Assembly: GCA_050916045.1 (NCBI GenBank)
Contig: CP051526.1
Coordinates: 1,216,001-1,280,000, forward strand
DNA length: 64,000 nucleotides
DNA from: Tepidisphaera sp.
GTDB taxonomy: Bacteria; Planctomycetota; Phycisphaerae; Phycisphaerales; UBA1924
Reading direction: 5' to 3'
The position numbers and the translations under genes were made by a program. Positions 1 through 9,661 of this stretch are shown here, piece after piece; the stretch's first letter is position 1; the number at the start of each line of letters is the position of its first letter. The notes beneath the pieces were generated by a model, which saw only the letters and a program-made list of their open reading frames with translations, was not told the origin of the DNA and did not search any database.

Positions 1-47
1 CAAAGCCCTGGTTCGCCGATGCCGTCAATCCGCCCGGGACTGGCCGC

Positions 48-1145
48 TCAGCTCACATTCATCACAACCTTGATCCCCTCGCCGGAGATCATGGTCTCGT
101 GGGCTTTCTCGAACTGCTCAAGCGGGAACTCGTGCGTGACGATCTCCTCGAGCTCGAGCTTGCCGCTGAGGAGAAGCTCTTCCATCTGGTACCACGTCTC
201 GAACATCTTGCGGCCGTTGATGCCCAGGACGGTCGCGCCCTTGAAGACGACGTGCTCGGTGATGTTCCAGGTGATGGGCTTGCTGGGGATCCCCAGGATC
301 GCGGCGACGCCGCCGTTGCGCATCGCGCGGAAGCCCTCATCGAAGGCGGACGGAGCCCCGCTCATCTCAAGCAGAGCATCCACGCCCTCGCCGCGGGTGG
401 CTTTCTTGATCTCGTCGATGTAGCCCTTGCCCTGGCGGACATCGAACGCTTCGACCGCGCCGAGCTTTTTGGCGAGCTTGAGGCGTTCGGGGTTGACGTC
501 GGTGGCGAAGATGCGGCCCGCGCCGGCGGCTTTCGCGACGGTGACGGCCATGAGGCCGATGATGCCGACGCCGCTGATGAGCACGCTCTTGGCCGAGACG
601 TTGGCGGCCATCACGGTGTGCACGGCGTTACCCAGGGGGTCCAGCACCGCCGCGAACTTGTCGGGGATCGACGCGTGCACCGGCCAGACGTTTTCTTCGG
701 GGACGACGACGTACTCGGCGAAGCAGCCGTCGCGGTCGATGCCGACGATGCGGGTGTCGCTTGCGATGTGAGCGTTGCCGGTGCGGGCGTTGTAGTCGGC
801 CCACGCGGTGATGTGCCCTTCGGCCGAGACGCGGAGGCCGGGCTTGTACTTGGTGACGGCGGAGCCGACGGCTTCGATCACGCCGACGAACTCGTGGCCC
901 GTGACGATGCCGACGGGGATGCGGCCGGCGGACCAGGCGTCCCACTCCCAGATGTGGCGATCGGTGCCGCAGATGCCGACCTTCTTGACGCGGATGAGGA
1001 CATCGCGAGGGCCGACGGAGGGCTTGGGACGGGCCGGGTCAAACTTGAGGCCCACGCCGGCGTGGTGCTTGTACAGCGCCCGCATCGTGCCCGAGCCCGG
1101 AGTGAGGTTCAGGGGGCCGGTTCCCGTTCGAACTGCCGTCGTCAT
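48..1145 (-). CDS. tdh: L-threonine 3-dehydrogenase (Zn-dependent MDR family)
   Basis: GICGTDRHIWEWDAW, GHEFVG, SAEGHI, DPLGNAVHT, LEMSG and GINGRKMFETW are Tdh hallmarks. Start placed at ATG 1145 behind GAGGA; 1085 is an alternative. Confidence 0.9.
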   Translation of the reverse strand: MTTAVRTGTGPLNLTPGSGTMRALYKHHAGVGLKFDPARPKPSVGPRDVLIRVKKVGICGTDRHIWEWDAWSAGRIPVGIVTGHEFVGVIEAVGSAVTKYKPGLRVSAEGHITAWADYNARTGNAHIASDTRIVGIDRDGCFAEYVVVPEENVWPVHASIPDKFAAVLDPLGNAVHTVMAANVSAKSVLISGVGIIGLMAVTVAKAAGAGRIFATDVNPERLKLAKKLGAVEAFDVRQGKGYIDEIKKATRGEGVDALLEMSGAPSAFDEGFRAMRNGGVAAILGIPSKPITWNITEHVVFKGATVLGINGRKMFETWYQMEELLLSGKLELEEIVTHEFPLEQFEKAHETMISGEGIKVVMNVS

Positions 1146-1391
1146 GGAGATCCTCGTTGGGTCAGTCGGCGGCATTCGGATCGCCGAAGGGGTGGTGGGT
1201 TATCCGTCATGCCGACGGCTGAACGGAGTCTAGGTTCGAGCGGTCCGGAGATCGGCCCCGGCCAACTCCAAAAAAGTGAACCCGGCGGTCCCGGCTTGCG
1301 ATAGAACAAGGCGGGTCCGAAGGTCGGCTCCGCGGAGTGGCGGGGGCCCGGACAAGCCGGTAGCCGCCGCCTTGATCGGGTACAGTTCACC

Positions 1392-2639
1392 ATGAGTCGA
1401 GCCACCGCCAGTACGGGGAATGTTCAGGGGACCAAGGTCCTCGGGACGCGGCCGTACTTCTACGAAGCCGCCAAGCCCGGCGGCGGACGGACCCTCGGCC
1501 TTCTCCGGGCCCGCGACCAGCGAGACCTCTCGGCCCAGCTTCGCGGTCAGAAACTTGTCCCTCTCCGGTCCTGGGCTTTGCCCGCCCTCGGCGGCATCGG
1601 CGAAGCCCGCCCGGTCTCGATGAAGGATCAAGCCGAGCTACACACCCAGCTTGCCCAGCTTCTGACGCGTGGCGTGCCCTTGGTCGAAGCTCTTGAGGTC
1701 TGCGAGTCGGCCGTCTCGGCCGGGATGAAGCCGCGTGTCGCCAAGATGCGCGAACTCGTGGCGGCGGGAAGCAGCTTCTCGGACAGCCTGACGGGTGTCG
1801 GCGGCTTCGACGGCGTGACCATCTCCGTCTACCGCGCGGCCGAGCGCACCGGCGATCTCGGCGGCGCGGCCAAGCAGCTTTCCGCGACGGTGCGGCGTCA
1901 GGTCGCCATCCGCGGCAAAGCCCTCACGCTGATGCTCTACCCGATGATCGTCTTGACGATCAGCTTGGTCGTCTCGGTGGGCATGATGACGCTTGTGGTC
2001 CCCCGCATCATCGAATCGCTCAAGCAGTCGATGAGCGAGATGCCGTGGTTCAGCGAGTTGGTCTACCAAGTCGGCGTGACGCTCCGCGACAACTTCATGT
2101 GGTTCGCGGGCGGCCTCGCGCTGCTCGTGGTCGGTGTCGTGGTCTTCCGCGGCGCGGTCGCGGCGGGGATCGGCCGTGTGATGCGGACGCTCCCGTTCAT
2201 GAAGGATGTCGTGATGGCGCAGGAGTGCGCCCGGTTCTTCACCGTGATGTCGGCGATGACCAAGACGGGCGTGGTACTCGCGGATGCGCTCTCGGTAGCC
2301 GAGGGTGCCGTGTCGCACCCGCAGCTTCGCCGTGAACTCACCCGGCTCCGGACGCGCCTCATCGAGGGCGGCGTGCTTCGCGTGCTGATCGACGAGGTCA
2401 AGACGCTCCCGCTTCCAAGCCGCCGCCTGCTGATCGCGGCCGAGCGATCCGGCGACCTTCAGCAAGCCTTCGACACCCTCGCGGCGGACATGGCCGATGA
2501 GGTCGACAAGCAGTCCCAGCGGCTCCTGGCCGTCCTCGAGCCCGCGATGATCGTCCTGATGTTCCTCATGATCGGCTCACTGGTGATGTCGATCATGGTC
2601 CCGCTGATTTCGCTCACAAGCCGCGTCCAGGGTGTGTAA
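1392..2639 (+). CDS. gspF: Type II secretion/type IV pilus inner-membrane platform protein (GspF/PilC family)
   Basis: Two T2SSF repeats (QLAQLLTRGVPLVEAL..AAERTGDL; ..AAERSGDL..LLAVLEPAMIV) with three TM segments. Confidence 0.9.
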   Translation: MSRATASTGNVQGTKVLGTRPYFYEAAKPGGGRTLGLLRARDQRDLSAQLRGQKLVPLRSWALPALGGIGEARPVSMKDQAELHTQLAQLLTRGVPLVEALEVCESAVSAGMKPRVAKMRELVAAGSSFSDSLTGVGGFDGVTISVYRAAERTGDLGGAAKQLSATVRRQVAIRGKALTLMLYPMIVLTISLVVSVGMMTLVVPRIIESLKQSMSEMPWFSELVYQVGVTLRDNFMWFAGGLALLVVGVVVFRGAVAAGIGRVMRTLPFMKDVVMAQECARFFTVMSAMTKTGVVLADALSVAEGAVSHPQLRRELTRLRTRLIEGGVLRVLIDEVKTLPLPSRRLLIAAERSGDLQQAFDTLAADMADEVDKQSQRLLAVLEPAMIVLMFLMIGSLVMSIMVPLISLTSRVQGV

Positions 2640-2666
2640 ACGCCCGAACGCTTCGGAGAATCGGTC

Positions 2667-3074
2667 ATGAATCGTCGGAAACTCAATCACGCTTCCCGCG
2701 CCTTCTCGATGCTCGAACTCACCTTCGTGCTCGTCGTCATCGGCGTCCTCCTCGCCGTCGCCGCTTTCAACTTCGGCACCTTCACCGAGAAAGCCAAGAT
2801 CAAAGCGACCAAAGCCACCATGTCCATCATCAAGCAGTCCATCCAGATGTACAACGGTGAGAACTCCGCCTATCCCACCGCCCTCCAGGCCCTCGTCCCC
2901 GGCTACATCGATCCGAACAAGCCGCTCGTCGACGGCTGGAACCGCCCGTTCTACTACGAGCCCAACCCCACCGACCCCAACCGGCCGTATAGCCTGCGCT
3001 CCAACGGCACCGACGGCATCTCCGGCTCCGCCGACGACATCGACGTCTGGACCATGAACAACCCGGGTCAGTGA
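2667..3074 (+). CDS. gspG: Major pseudopilin (GspG-like)
   Basis: Prepilin leader RA|FSMLEL plus hydrophobic helix; C-terminal DGWNRPFYY...YSLRSNGTDG...DDI signature of GspG. Confidence 0.85.
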   Translation: MNRRKLNHASRAFSMLELTFVLVVIGVLLAVAAFNFGTFTEKAKIKATKATMSIIKQSIQMYNGENSAYPTALQALVPGYIDPNKPLVDGWNRPFYYEPNPTDPNRPYSLRSNGTDGISGSADDIDVWTMNNPGQ

Positions 3075-3087
3075 TCCGGTCCTCCGC

Positions 3088-3729
3088 TTGAAGACTCGCA
3101 GCATCAAAGCACCAACCGTGACACGCCGGCCCCTCCATCTCGCCCGCCCCGGCCTCTCGATGCTCGAGGTGGTCTTCGCGATGGCTCTGCTCGGCGTCGT
3201 CATCATGGCCACGATGAGCGTGCTCTCCTTCGTCCACGGCAGCCAGGTCCGCGAGCAGCGCAACCTCGCCGCCGCCGAGCTCGCCAACCGCCTCATCCTG
3301 ATGTACATCGACGACCCCAACTCGCCGTGGCAGGAGGGTGACACCATCACCTGGTCCACCGGCGAAGCCTACCGCTGGGAGCTCATCCGAAGCGACGTCA
3401 AGATCGATTCTGCGACACAGCCGCCCACCGAGATGAACACAAGCCAGGGGTTCGGGCTCGAACGGATCCACCTGATCCGCGCCCGCGTCTGGCTTGACGA
3501 GCAGTTTGGCGGCTCCCGCGAGTTCGACGAATCTTCGCCCAACGCCGAGATCTCCCGCCTGATGGACCCGATCTCGAACATGACGCGGCCCGACACGGGC
3601 AAGAGCATGTACGAGAAGTACCGCGGCTCGATGTCCGACTACCTGCGTTCGGGCCGGATGTCGGGCTGGCGCGGCCGCGAGGGGATCAGTGGTGGGGGCG
3701 GCGGTCGTTCTTCGGGGGGCGCGAAATGA
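3088..3729 (+). CDS. Minor pseudopilin (GspI-like)
   Basis: PG|LSMLEVVFAMALLG prepilin motif and position after gspG. Start may be GTG 3118. Confidence 0.7.
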   Translation: MKTRSIKAPTVTRRPLHLARPGLSMLEVVFAMALLGVVIMATMSVLSFVHGSQVREQRNLAAAELANRLILMYIDDPNSPWQEGDTITWSTGEAYRWELIRSDVKIDSATQPPTEMNTSQGFGLERIHLIRARVWLDEQFGGSREFDESSPNAEISRLMDPISNMTRPDTGKSMYEKYRGSMSDYLRSGRMSGWRGREGISGGGGGRSSGGAK

Positions 3730-4805
3730 ACCCTCGCATCCGGCTGCGCCGCGGCTTCACGCTGATCGAGCTCACGCTTTCGACCGCGATCGCCGCGGTG
3801 GTCATCGGTGCTTCGCTGGCGATGTTCAACGCCGTGGACCGCGCCGACCGCAAGCTCGCCGGCCGGTACGACCGCGCTGCCGACATCGAGCGCACCCGCC
3901 GCGCCTTCCAGAACGCGTTCGCTTCGATCGCCACCTCCGAACGTCCCCGCCCGCGCACTCAGAACCCCGACGGTGGTCCCGCTTCCGGCCTTCCCGGCGC
4001 GGGCTCGCAGCCGCGTGTGGACCCCAAAGCCGGGCTGAACTCCGAGGGCGCGGCCGAGCAGCCTTCGGGCGATTCCGTACCCCCCCCGCCCCCGCCGCGG
4101 GTCACGCTCGCGCCCGATACCGGCCCGGACTCGGACCCCTTCCTCTCGGCCGCCGGCATCCAACGCCTTGAGATGGTCTTGACGACCTCGCCGGTCCCCG
4201 TCTTCAAGCGCGAAGGCTCGGACGAAGCCCGCGTTGCCGCCGCCGAAGCCGAAGCCGAGGACAACCGCGTCGACCCCAGCGCCTCCGGCGGCGCCCGCGC
4301 CGTCCGCGGCGCGTTCGTTCTCCGGCCTCAGCAGTCCCGCCCCGGCCCCGACCTCCGCGCCGACCTCGCCGATCGCCCGCTCATGGAGCTTTGGTGGCAG
4401 CCCTTGCCGCCGGCGCAGGAAGACCCGGACGCCGAGCCGCTCCCGATGTCGCTTTCCGCCGGCTACCCCACGATGCTGACCTCCGACGTGCTTCGCTGCA
4501 CGTGGCGGATGTACCGCGAAGGGCAGTGGACCGAGCAGCACGCCGCGACCTGGCGCGATGAACTCCCCGCGTACGTCGAGGTGCAGATGGACTTCGCCAA
4601 CGGCCAGTCCACCAAGTGGCTCATGGAGATCGATAGCGTCTCGATGGCGGAGGTCACCCTGAACGAAGAGGGCGCCGAAGCCGCGTCCGGGGCGGCGGGA
4701 AGCGGCGGCCGAAACTCGGGCCGCGACTCCGGCCGCAACACCGGCGGCACACGCTCGGGCGGATCTGGGAGCGTCGCCGGCCCCAAGAGGCAGTTCCGCG
4801 AATGA
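3726..4805 (+). CDS. Minor pseudopilin (GspJ-like)
   Basis: RRG|FTLIEL motif; C-terminal W..ELPAYVEV typical of GspJ; ATGA overlap with the upstream gene. Confidence 0.7.
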   Translation: MNPRIRLRRGFTLIELTLSTAIAAVVIGASLAMFNAVDRADRKLAGRYDRAADIERTRRAFQNAFASIATSERPRPRTQNPDGGPASGLPGAGSQPRVDPKAGLNSEGAAEQPSGDSVPPPPPPRVTLAPDTGPDSDPFLSAAGIQRLEMVLTTSPVPVFKREGSDEARVAAAEAEAEDNRVDPSASGGARAVRGAFVLRPQQSRPGPDLRADLADRPLMELWWQPLPPAQEDPDAEPLPMSLSAGYPTMLTSDVLRCTWRMYREGQWTEQHAATWRDELPAYVEVQMDFANGQSTKWLMEIDSVSMAEVTLNEEGAEAASGAAGSGGRNSGRDSGRNTGGTRSGGSGSVAGPKRQFRE

Positions 4806-5626
4806 AACGCCGCGCGTTCATCATGCCCCTCGTCCTGATGCTCACCATGGTGCTCACGCTCACCGCGGCGTTCGTCCTCCAGCGCCAGGGGTCGCAGTCG
4901 ATGATCCAGCGCCGCCATATGGCGCAGTACGAGTCGCACCACACCACCCGCGGCGTCGCCGACGTCATCGAAGCCTGGCTCACCGGCGGCGGCCGGTACA
5001 AGTCCTTCCGCGACCGCATCGACGGCGACGGCAAGATCCTCGACATCACCGTGCCCGACGGCCTCTCCGTCAAGAGCCAGGGGTCCGATGTCCTCCGCAT
5101 CTCCGTCAAGGACGCTCAGGGCACCCTCCTGTCGGACTTCTCCGGCCTCACCGGCCAGTCGTTCCTGGACTCCAAAGCCGCTCTCGACGCTCTCAAGGAA
5201 GAAGCCCCGACCAACTGGCGGTCTTTCACGCGGACCCTCGGCCCCACGCAGGTCAGCCTCGCCGAAGCCAAACGCGAGGTGCTCTCCGCCATCGTCCAGG
5301 GCATCACCGGCTCCATCCACGACGGCCAGGAGTTCGTCCGAAGCGTGATGCAGCTGCGTGAACAGGGCCCCATTGACGCCCAGATGCTCAATCAGGCGGT
5401 GATCGACGCGGGCCTTCCCCCCGAGCAACAGGCCCAGCTGAACCGGATGATCACCTCCGAAACGACGTTCTGGACCCTCCGGGTCGACGTGCTCCGGAAC
5501 GGATCGCTCCTCGTGGGCCGGTACGAGGGGTATCTTCTGACGACCGGCCCGTCGCGGAGCGCGGGCCAGCAGGGCCAGAACCGCCGCGGCCACGTGATGA
5601 ATCTGAAATGGGTGCCCCCGGCGTAA
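4802..5626 (+). CDS. Minor pseudopilin (GspK-like)
   Basis: MKRRA|FIMPLVL leader lacking Glu+5, as in GspK/PilX; ATGA overlap. Confidence 0.6.
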   Translation: MKRRAFIMPLVLMLTMVLTLTAAFVLQRQGSQSMIQRRHMAQYESHHTTRGVADVIEAWLTGGGRYKSFRDRIDGDGKILDITVPDGLSVKSQGSDVLRISVKDAQGTLLSDFSGLTGQSFLDSKAALDALKEEAPTNWRSFTRTLGPTQVSLAEAKREVLSAIVQGITGSIHDGQEFVRSVMQLREQGPIDAQMLNQAVIDAGLPPEQQAQLNRMITSETTFWTLRVDVLRNGSLLVGRYEGYLLTTGPSRSAGQQGQNRRGHVMNLKWVPPA

Positions 5627-5704
5627 ACTCACGCCGCTTCGATCTCGTATCATGGTTGTGCTGGTCGCTTGCGGGCGCGTCGCCCGTGCGAAGGATCCAA
5701 GGTC

Positions 5705-6568
5705 ATGTTGTTCCGAACCCTCAATCGCGCCAACGCTGCAACCTACTCGCTGATCGCGATGGCGCCCCTCGCCCTCGGCATCGGCGCGGCGATCTGGGTG
5801 CTCCAGAGCGAGCCGGTCAACTACGTGGGTCTGGTCGAGAACGCCACCAAGCCCTACCAGTCCCCCGCGCCGGTCAATCCTCCCCCGGTCAAGCCCTCCG
5901 ATGAGCCCGAAGAAGCCCAGGCACGCGGCTCGGTCATCGCCGCGAGGTTTGATTCGATCAAGAACCGCCCCGTGCCCATCGAGCCCGAGCACGTAGACCC
6001 CGGCACGATCGAAACGCCCCCTCCTCCGACCGAATCCATCGGGGACATCAAGTACGTCGGCCCCGTCCGTCTCGGGCCCGTCATGCTCGCGGTCATGAAC
6101 GTCGAGGGCAGGCAGCAAGCCGTCGGCAAGGGCAAGTCCATCACCTACACCGTCGACTCCGCTCCGCGCACCGCCAAGGTCAAAGCCGTCACCGAGACCG
6201 AGGTCATCCTCGAGGTCAACGGCGCGGAACAGATCATCGCCAAGGGTGACAGCTCCGGCGATGTGCTCACCTGGGTCGGCGGCGCCAAGCCCACCCGCGC
6301 CAAGTCCGTCTCGATGAAGAAGAACTCCGCGCCAAAGAGCGGAGCCCATCCGCTGGACGCCAACGCGTCCTCCGAGTACCTCGCCAAGAAGAACGAAGCT
6401 CTCGCCAGCATGGCTCCCCTCCTGGATCAGATCGCCAAGACCAAGAGCCCGGAGATCGCGGCCAAGCTGAAGGAAAAGATGATCTCCGCAGCCAAAGCCA
6501 AAGGGCTTGATCCTTCCGTGATCGAGGAAGAGGTCGAGCGGATCAAGGAAAGCGGGGGGGAGAAGTAA
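5705..6568 (+). CDS. Single-TM periplasmic protein, GspC/PilP-like
   Basis: N-terminal TM, Pro-rich linker and beta-rich domain (YVGPV..LAVMNVEG..VGKG..KVKAVTETEVILEVNG) resembling the GspC HR domain; operon context. Confidence 0.5.
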   Translation: MLFRTLNRANAATYSLIAMAPLALGIGAAIWVLQSEPVNYVGLVENATKPYQSPAPVNPPPVKPSDEPEEAQARGSVIAARFDSIKNRPVPIEPEHVDPGTIETPPPPTESIGDIKYVGPVRLGPVMLAVMNVEGRQQAVGKGKSITYTVDSAPRTAKVKAVTETEVILEVNGAEQIIAKGDSSGDVLTWVGGAKPTRAKSVSMKKNSAPKSGAHPLDANASSEYLAKKNEALASMAPLLDQIAKTKSPEIAAKLKEKMISAAKAKGLDPSVIEEEVERIKESGGEK

Positions 6569-8302
6569 GTGGCAGTTCGCGTGTGCTATGTGCAGCGTGG
6601 TGTGAAGGGTGACTCGATCCTCGGGCTCCGCCTCGTCGCGGAACGCTCCGAGGAATCATGGGTCGCTCCTCCCCCTCGAGAGAACGCCCCCCTCACCGCC
6701 GACGTCACCGCCGCGGCAAGCTGGCTTGCGAGCAAGCTCAAGCCCGCCGGTGCCAAGCTCGAGGTCATGTGCCTCGACACCGAAGGGGCTCTCTGCGGCT
6801 GGATGCCCGCCGCCTCCGCCGATCCCGACGTGCTGGGCGTCCTCGCTCGCCAGTTCGGCGAAACCCCCGGCCAGGAAGGGCACGCCCAACGCTCGGCCCT
6901 CGCCGAATCCGCCGCCACCCGCGAGGAAGCGTCCGTCGCTTTGCTCGGGGACCCGCCGGAAGCCAAGGTCGCCGGGCGCGGCAAAGCCGCTTCCGTGAAA
7001 GCCGTTCGCTCCGGCGTGCTCGCCGTCTCAGATGTTCCCGCCCGCTTGCTCGCCGATGCGCTCGATCAGCGCGGCGTAAGCGTCGGGATCGTCACGACGG
7101 TCTGGCACGCGCTGGCTTCCGTCTGGGACCCCTCGGCCCGCCGCGCGCCCGCCGAGAACGCAGCCGAAGAAACGACCTTCCCGACCACGGCGATCATCGC
7201 GGCCGACCCCTCCGGTCGACTGGTCTGGGCGTGGTCCTCCGGCGGCACGCTTCTGGCCGGCGGCTCGATGCGTGTCCCCTCCGAACGTCTCGCGCACGAA
7301 GGCGCCATCGTCGAAGCCGGTCGTACCGGGTCCTTCCCCGGCCGCGACACCGGACCTTCACACCACATCGTCATCGGCACCCGCGAAGCGTCTCGCCTCG
7401 CGACCGAGTGGCTCGCCTGGTCCCTCGAACTTGGCCGCTCACCCGTTCGCATCATCGCCGTCATCCCCGCTGCTCCCGCCGGCAAGGAAGCCGAGTACGA
7501 AGCCGGCCTCGCCGCGTTCGGACAGTCGCTTACCAAGACGCTGCCGGGCGCGACCGTGGACATGGCCGAGGACCGCGACCCCCTCGGCGCGACCCTGACC
7601 AAACTCGCCGAACGCATCGACGACGCCCCGGGCGGCATCGAAGGTGCGCGGCCCCCGGTTGGCTCGATCGCCGGCTTGTCGACCCGCCCGACGAGCGCCC
7701 ACCGCCGGTTCTACATCACCGTTTCGCTCGCGATCGCGTCCCTCGCCGCCGCCGCGGGTGTCTATGCCTACGCCCTGCGGTCCGAAGCCGGGAAAGCACA
7801 GGCGGCCGCGATCAGCGCGATCGATTCCTGGCGACCCCTCGTCCGCGAGATCGACGCCAAGCTGCTCGAGAACGTCGAGACCGTCCCCGATCGCCTCGGC
7901 ACCGAACTGGGCAAGCTTCAGCTTGAGGTCAACGCCCCCAAGCGTTCGCGGAGCGAGATCCGCCCCGTCATGGACGAACTCGCGACGCTCACGATGGTCT
8001 TCGGCGACCCCGAGGTCCACCTGACCGACATCACCATCGACAACGCCGGCGCGACCGTCAAGGTCAACGCGACCCTCGAGCAGGCCACCGCCATCGAGCA
8101 GGCTCTCAAGGAAATCTCCGGTTCGCACCTCACGAACTGGCAGTCAAGCTCCAACCCCGGCCGCGGCGGCGAAGGGTTCGAGTACACCTTCCGTGGTCTC
8201 TGGATCGCGCCCGACGCCAAGCCCGACCCGGCCAAGCCCGCCTCAGCGACACCCAAACCCGCGGCCACCACGCCCGCGGCCGCGCCGGGGAGCAACTCAT
8301 GA
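6569..8302 (+). CDS. GspL/PilM-PilN-like assembly platform protein
   Basis: Large cytoplasmic N-terminal part, one TM near residue 385, coiled segment and a C-terminal domain with a ferredoxin-like pattern; lies before a GspM-like gene. Confidence 0.55.
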   Translation: MAVRVCYVQRGVKGDSILGLRLVAERSEESWVAPPPRENAPLTADVTAAASWLASKLKPAGAKLEVMCLDTEGALCGWMPAASADPDVLGVLARQFGETPGQEGHAQRSALAESAATREEASVALLGDPPEAKVAGRGKAASVKAVRSGVLAVSDVPARLLADALDQRGVSVGIVTTVWHALASVWDPSARRAPAENAAEETTFPTTAIIAADPSGRLVWAWSSGGTLLAGGSMRVPSERLAHEGAIVEAGRTGSFPGRDTGPSHHIVIGTREASRLATEWLAWSLELGRSPVRIIAVIPAAPAGKEAEYEAGLAAFGQSLTKTLPGATVDMAEDRDPLGATLTKLAERIDDAPGGIEGARPPVGSIAGLSTRPTSAHRRFYITVSLAIASLAAAAGVYAYALRSEAGKAQAAAISAIDSWRPLVREIDAKLLENVETVPDRLGTELGKLQLEVNAPKRSRSEIRPVMDELATLTMVFGDPEVHLTDITIDNAGATVKVNATLEQATAIEQALKEISGSHLTNWQSSSNPGRGGEGFEYTFRGLWIAPDAKPDPAKPASATPKPAATTPAAAPGSNS

Positions 8303-8880
8303 TTCCCTCCGAGCACCAAGCTCTGCTGGAACGGCGCGGCGACCGCGCGGCGATCGCCGCCGCCGCTTCGCGCCGAAACACCCCCGCGGTGCTCCTCGTG
8401 CTGGCTCTCTTCCTGCTGGTCGTGGCGCTCGGCGCGGTCTTCCTGTCGCACGGCGCTCGCGGCCGGGCCGTGCAGCAGGTGCAAGCCCGCGTGGCTCAGG
8501 CTTCGGTCATCCAGGAACGCGGCGGCAAGATCAAGGAACTCCGCCAGCAGCTCAAGAGCGTCCGCGACAGCCGCGCCAACGCGCCGATCCCCGGCATCCC
8601 GCTCAAGCTCCAGCAGATCTGCCCCAATGACCGCTTGCAGGCGGTGCTCGCCAGCTCTCCCGCCCGCGAACAGACCGGCGCGGCCGAGAACGGCAACATC
8701 CCCAAGCGTTTCGTGTACCAGAATCTTCGGCATGACTCCATCGCGGACGTGATGTCGTGGATCGACGCCGCCCGCCGCGAGATCCCCGGGCTTGAGATCG
8801 ACCGACTGCAACTCCGCCCCGGCCCCAACGATTGGACCATCTCCGTCACCTTCATCCGGTGGGAGAAGAAGGAAAACTGA
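8299..8880 (+). CDS. GspM/PilO-like protein
   Basis: N-terminal TM, coiled coil and C-terminal VMSWID..GLEIDRLQLRP..WTISVTF pattern; ATGA overlap. Confidence 0.55.
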   Translation: MIPSEHQALLERRGDRAAIAAAASRRNTPAVLLVLALFLLVVALGAVFLSHGARGRAVQQVQARVAQASVIQERGGKIKELRQQLKSVRDSRANAPIPGIPLKLQQICPNDRLQAVLASSPAREQTGAAENGNIPKRFVYQNLRHDSIADVMSWIDAARREIPGLEIDRLQLRPGPNDWTISVTFIRWEKKEN

Positions 8881-8882
8881 CG

Positions 8883-9644
8883 ATGCTGAGCTTCATGAGC
8901 GCATCCATCTCGTCCCGCCGCGTGCGCACGCTGCTCGCCGGCTTCGTGCTCCTCGCCGCCGCCGGCTGCAACTCCACGCCGCGCTACGACGACGGCACGG
9001 CCCTCGAGGAACGCCGCCAGGAAGCCGTTCGCCTCGCCGCTCGCGGCCGCGAAGCCCAGACCGCCGGCGACCGCAAGCAGGCCATCGAGCTCTACTACCG
9101 CTCGATCGATGCGTTCCCGGAACTCCCCGGTGTTCGCACCAATCTCGGTGTCGCCCTGCTCGAGGAGGGCAACATCCTCGACGCCTCCGACCGCCTGAAG
9201 GAAGAGGTCCAGCTCAACCCCGCCACCGCGCAGGGCGCGCTCATCAACCTGGGCATCATCTACCGCAACGCCGGTCAGCCCACGCCCGCCCGCGACTACT
9301 TCCTCCGTGCGCTCGAGCTGACGCCCAACGACCCGCTCGCCCTCCGCGGCGCGATCGAGACCAGTTCGCTCACCACCTACGACGAGGAGAAGTGTCTCGA
9401 ACTCGTCCGCCGCGGCCTCATGGTCGAACGCGATCCAAAGGTCCTCGAAGATTACAAGTGGCGTCAGCACCGTTTGGAAGCCGCGATCAAGGCCCGGCCC
9501 AAGTACCGCACCGGCGAGGAGCACCTCAAGAGCGGCGCCCGCGACGTGGAGCCCGGCTTGCTCCAGCCCGGCCAGGCCAATCCTCTCGATGAAAAAACGC
9601 CGGAAGCCGAATCGGCCCCGGCGTCTCCTGGCACGCCCAAGTGA
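8883..9644 (+). CDS. TPR lipoprotein (pilotin/PilF-like candidate)
   Basis: Lipobox LAAAG|C; TPR motifs (NLGVALLEEG, NLGIIYRNAG, RALELTPND). Confidence 0.7.
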   Translation: MLSFMSASISSRRVRTLLAGFVLLAAAGCNSTPRYDDGTALEERRQEAVRLAARGREAQTAGDRKQAIELYYRSIDAFPELPGVRTNLGVALLEEGNILDASDRLKEEVQLNPATAQGALINLGIIYRNAGQPTPARDYFLRALELTPNDPLALRGAIETSSLTTYDEEKCLELVRRGLMVERDPKVLEDYKWRQHRLEAAIKARPKYRTGEEHLKSGARDVEPGLLQPGQANPLDEKTPEAESAPASPGTPK

Positions 9645-9661
9645 TGCTTCGGTTGCGTTGA

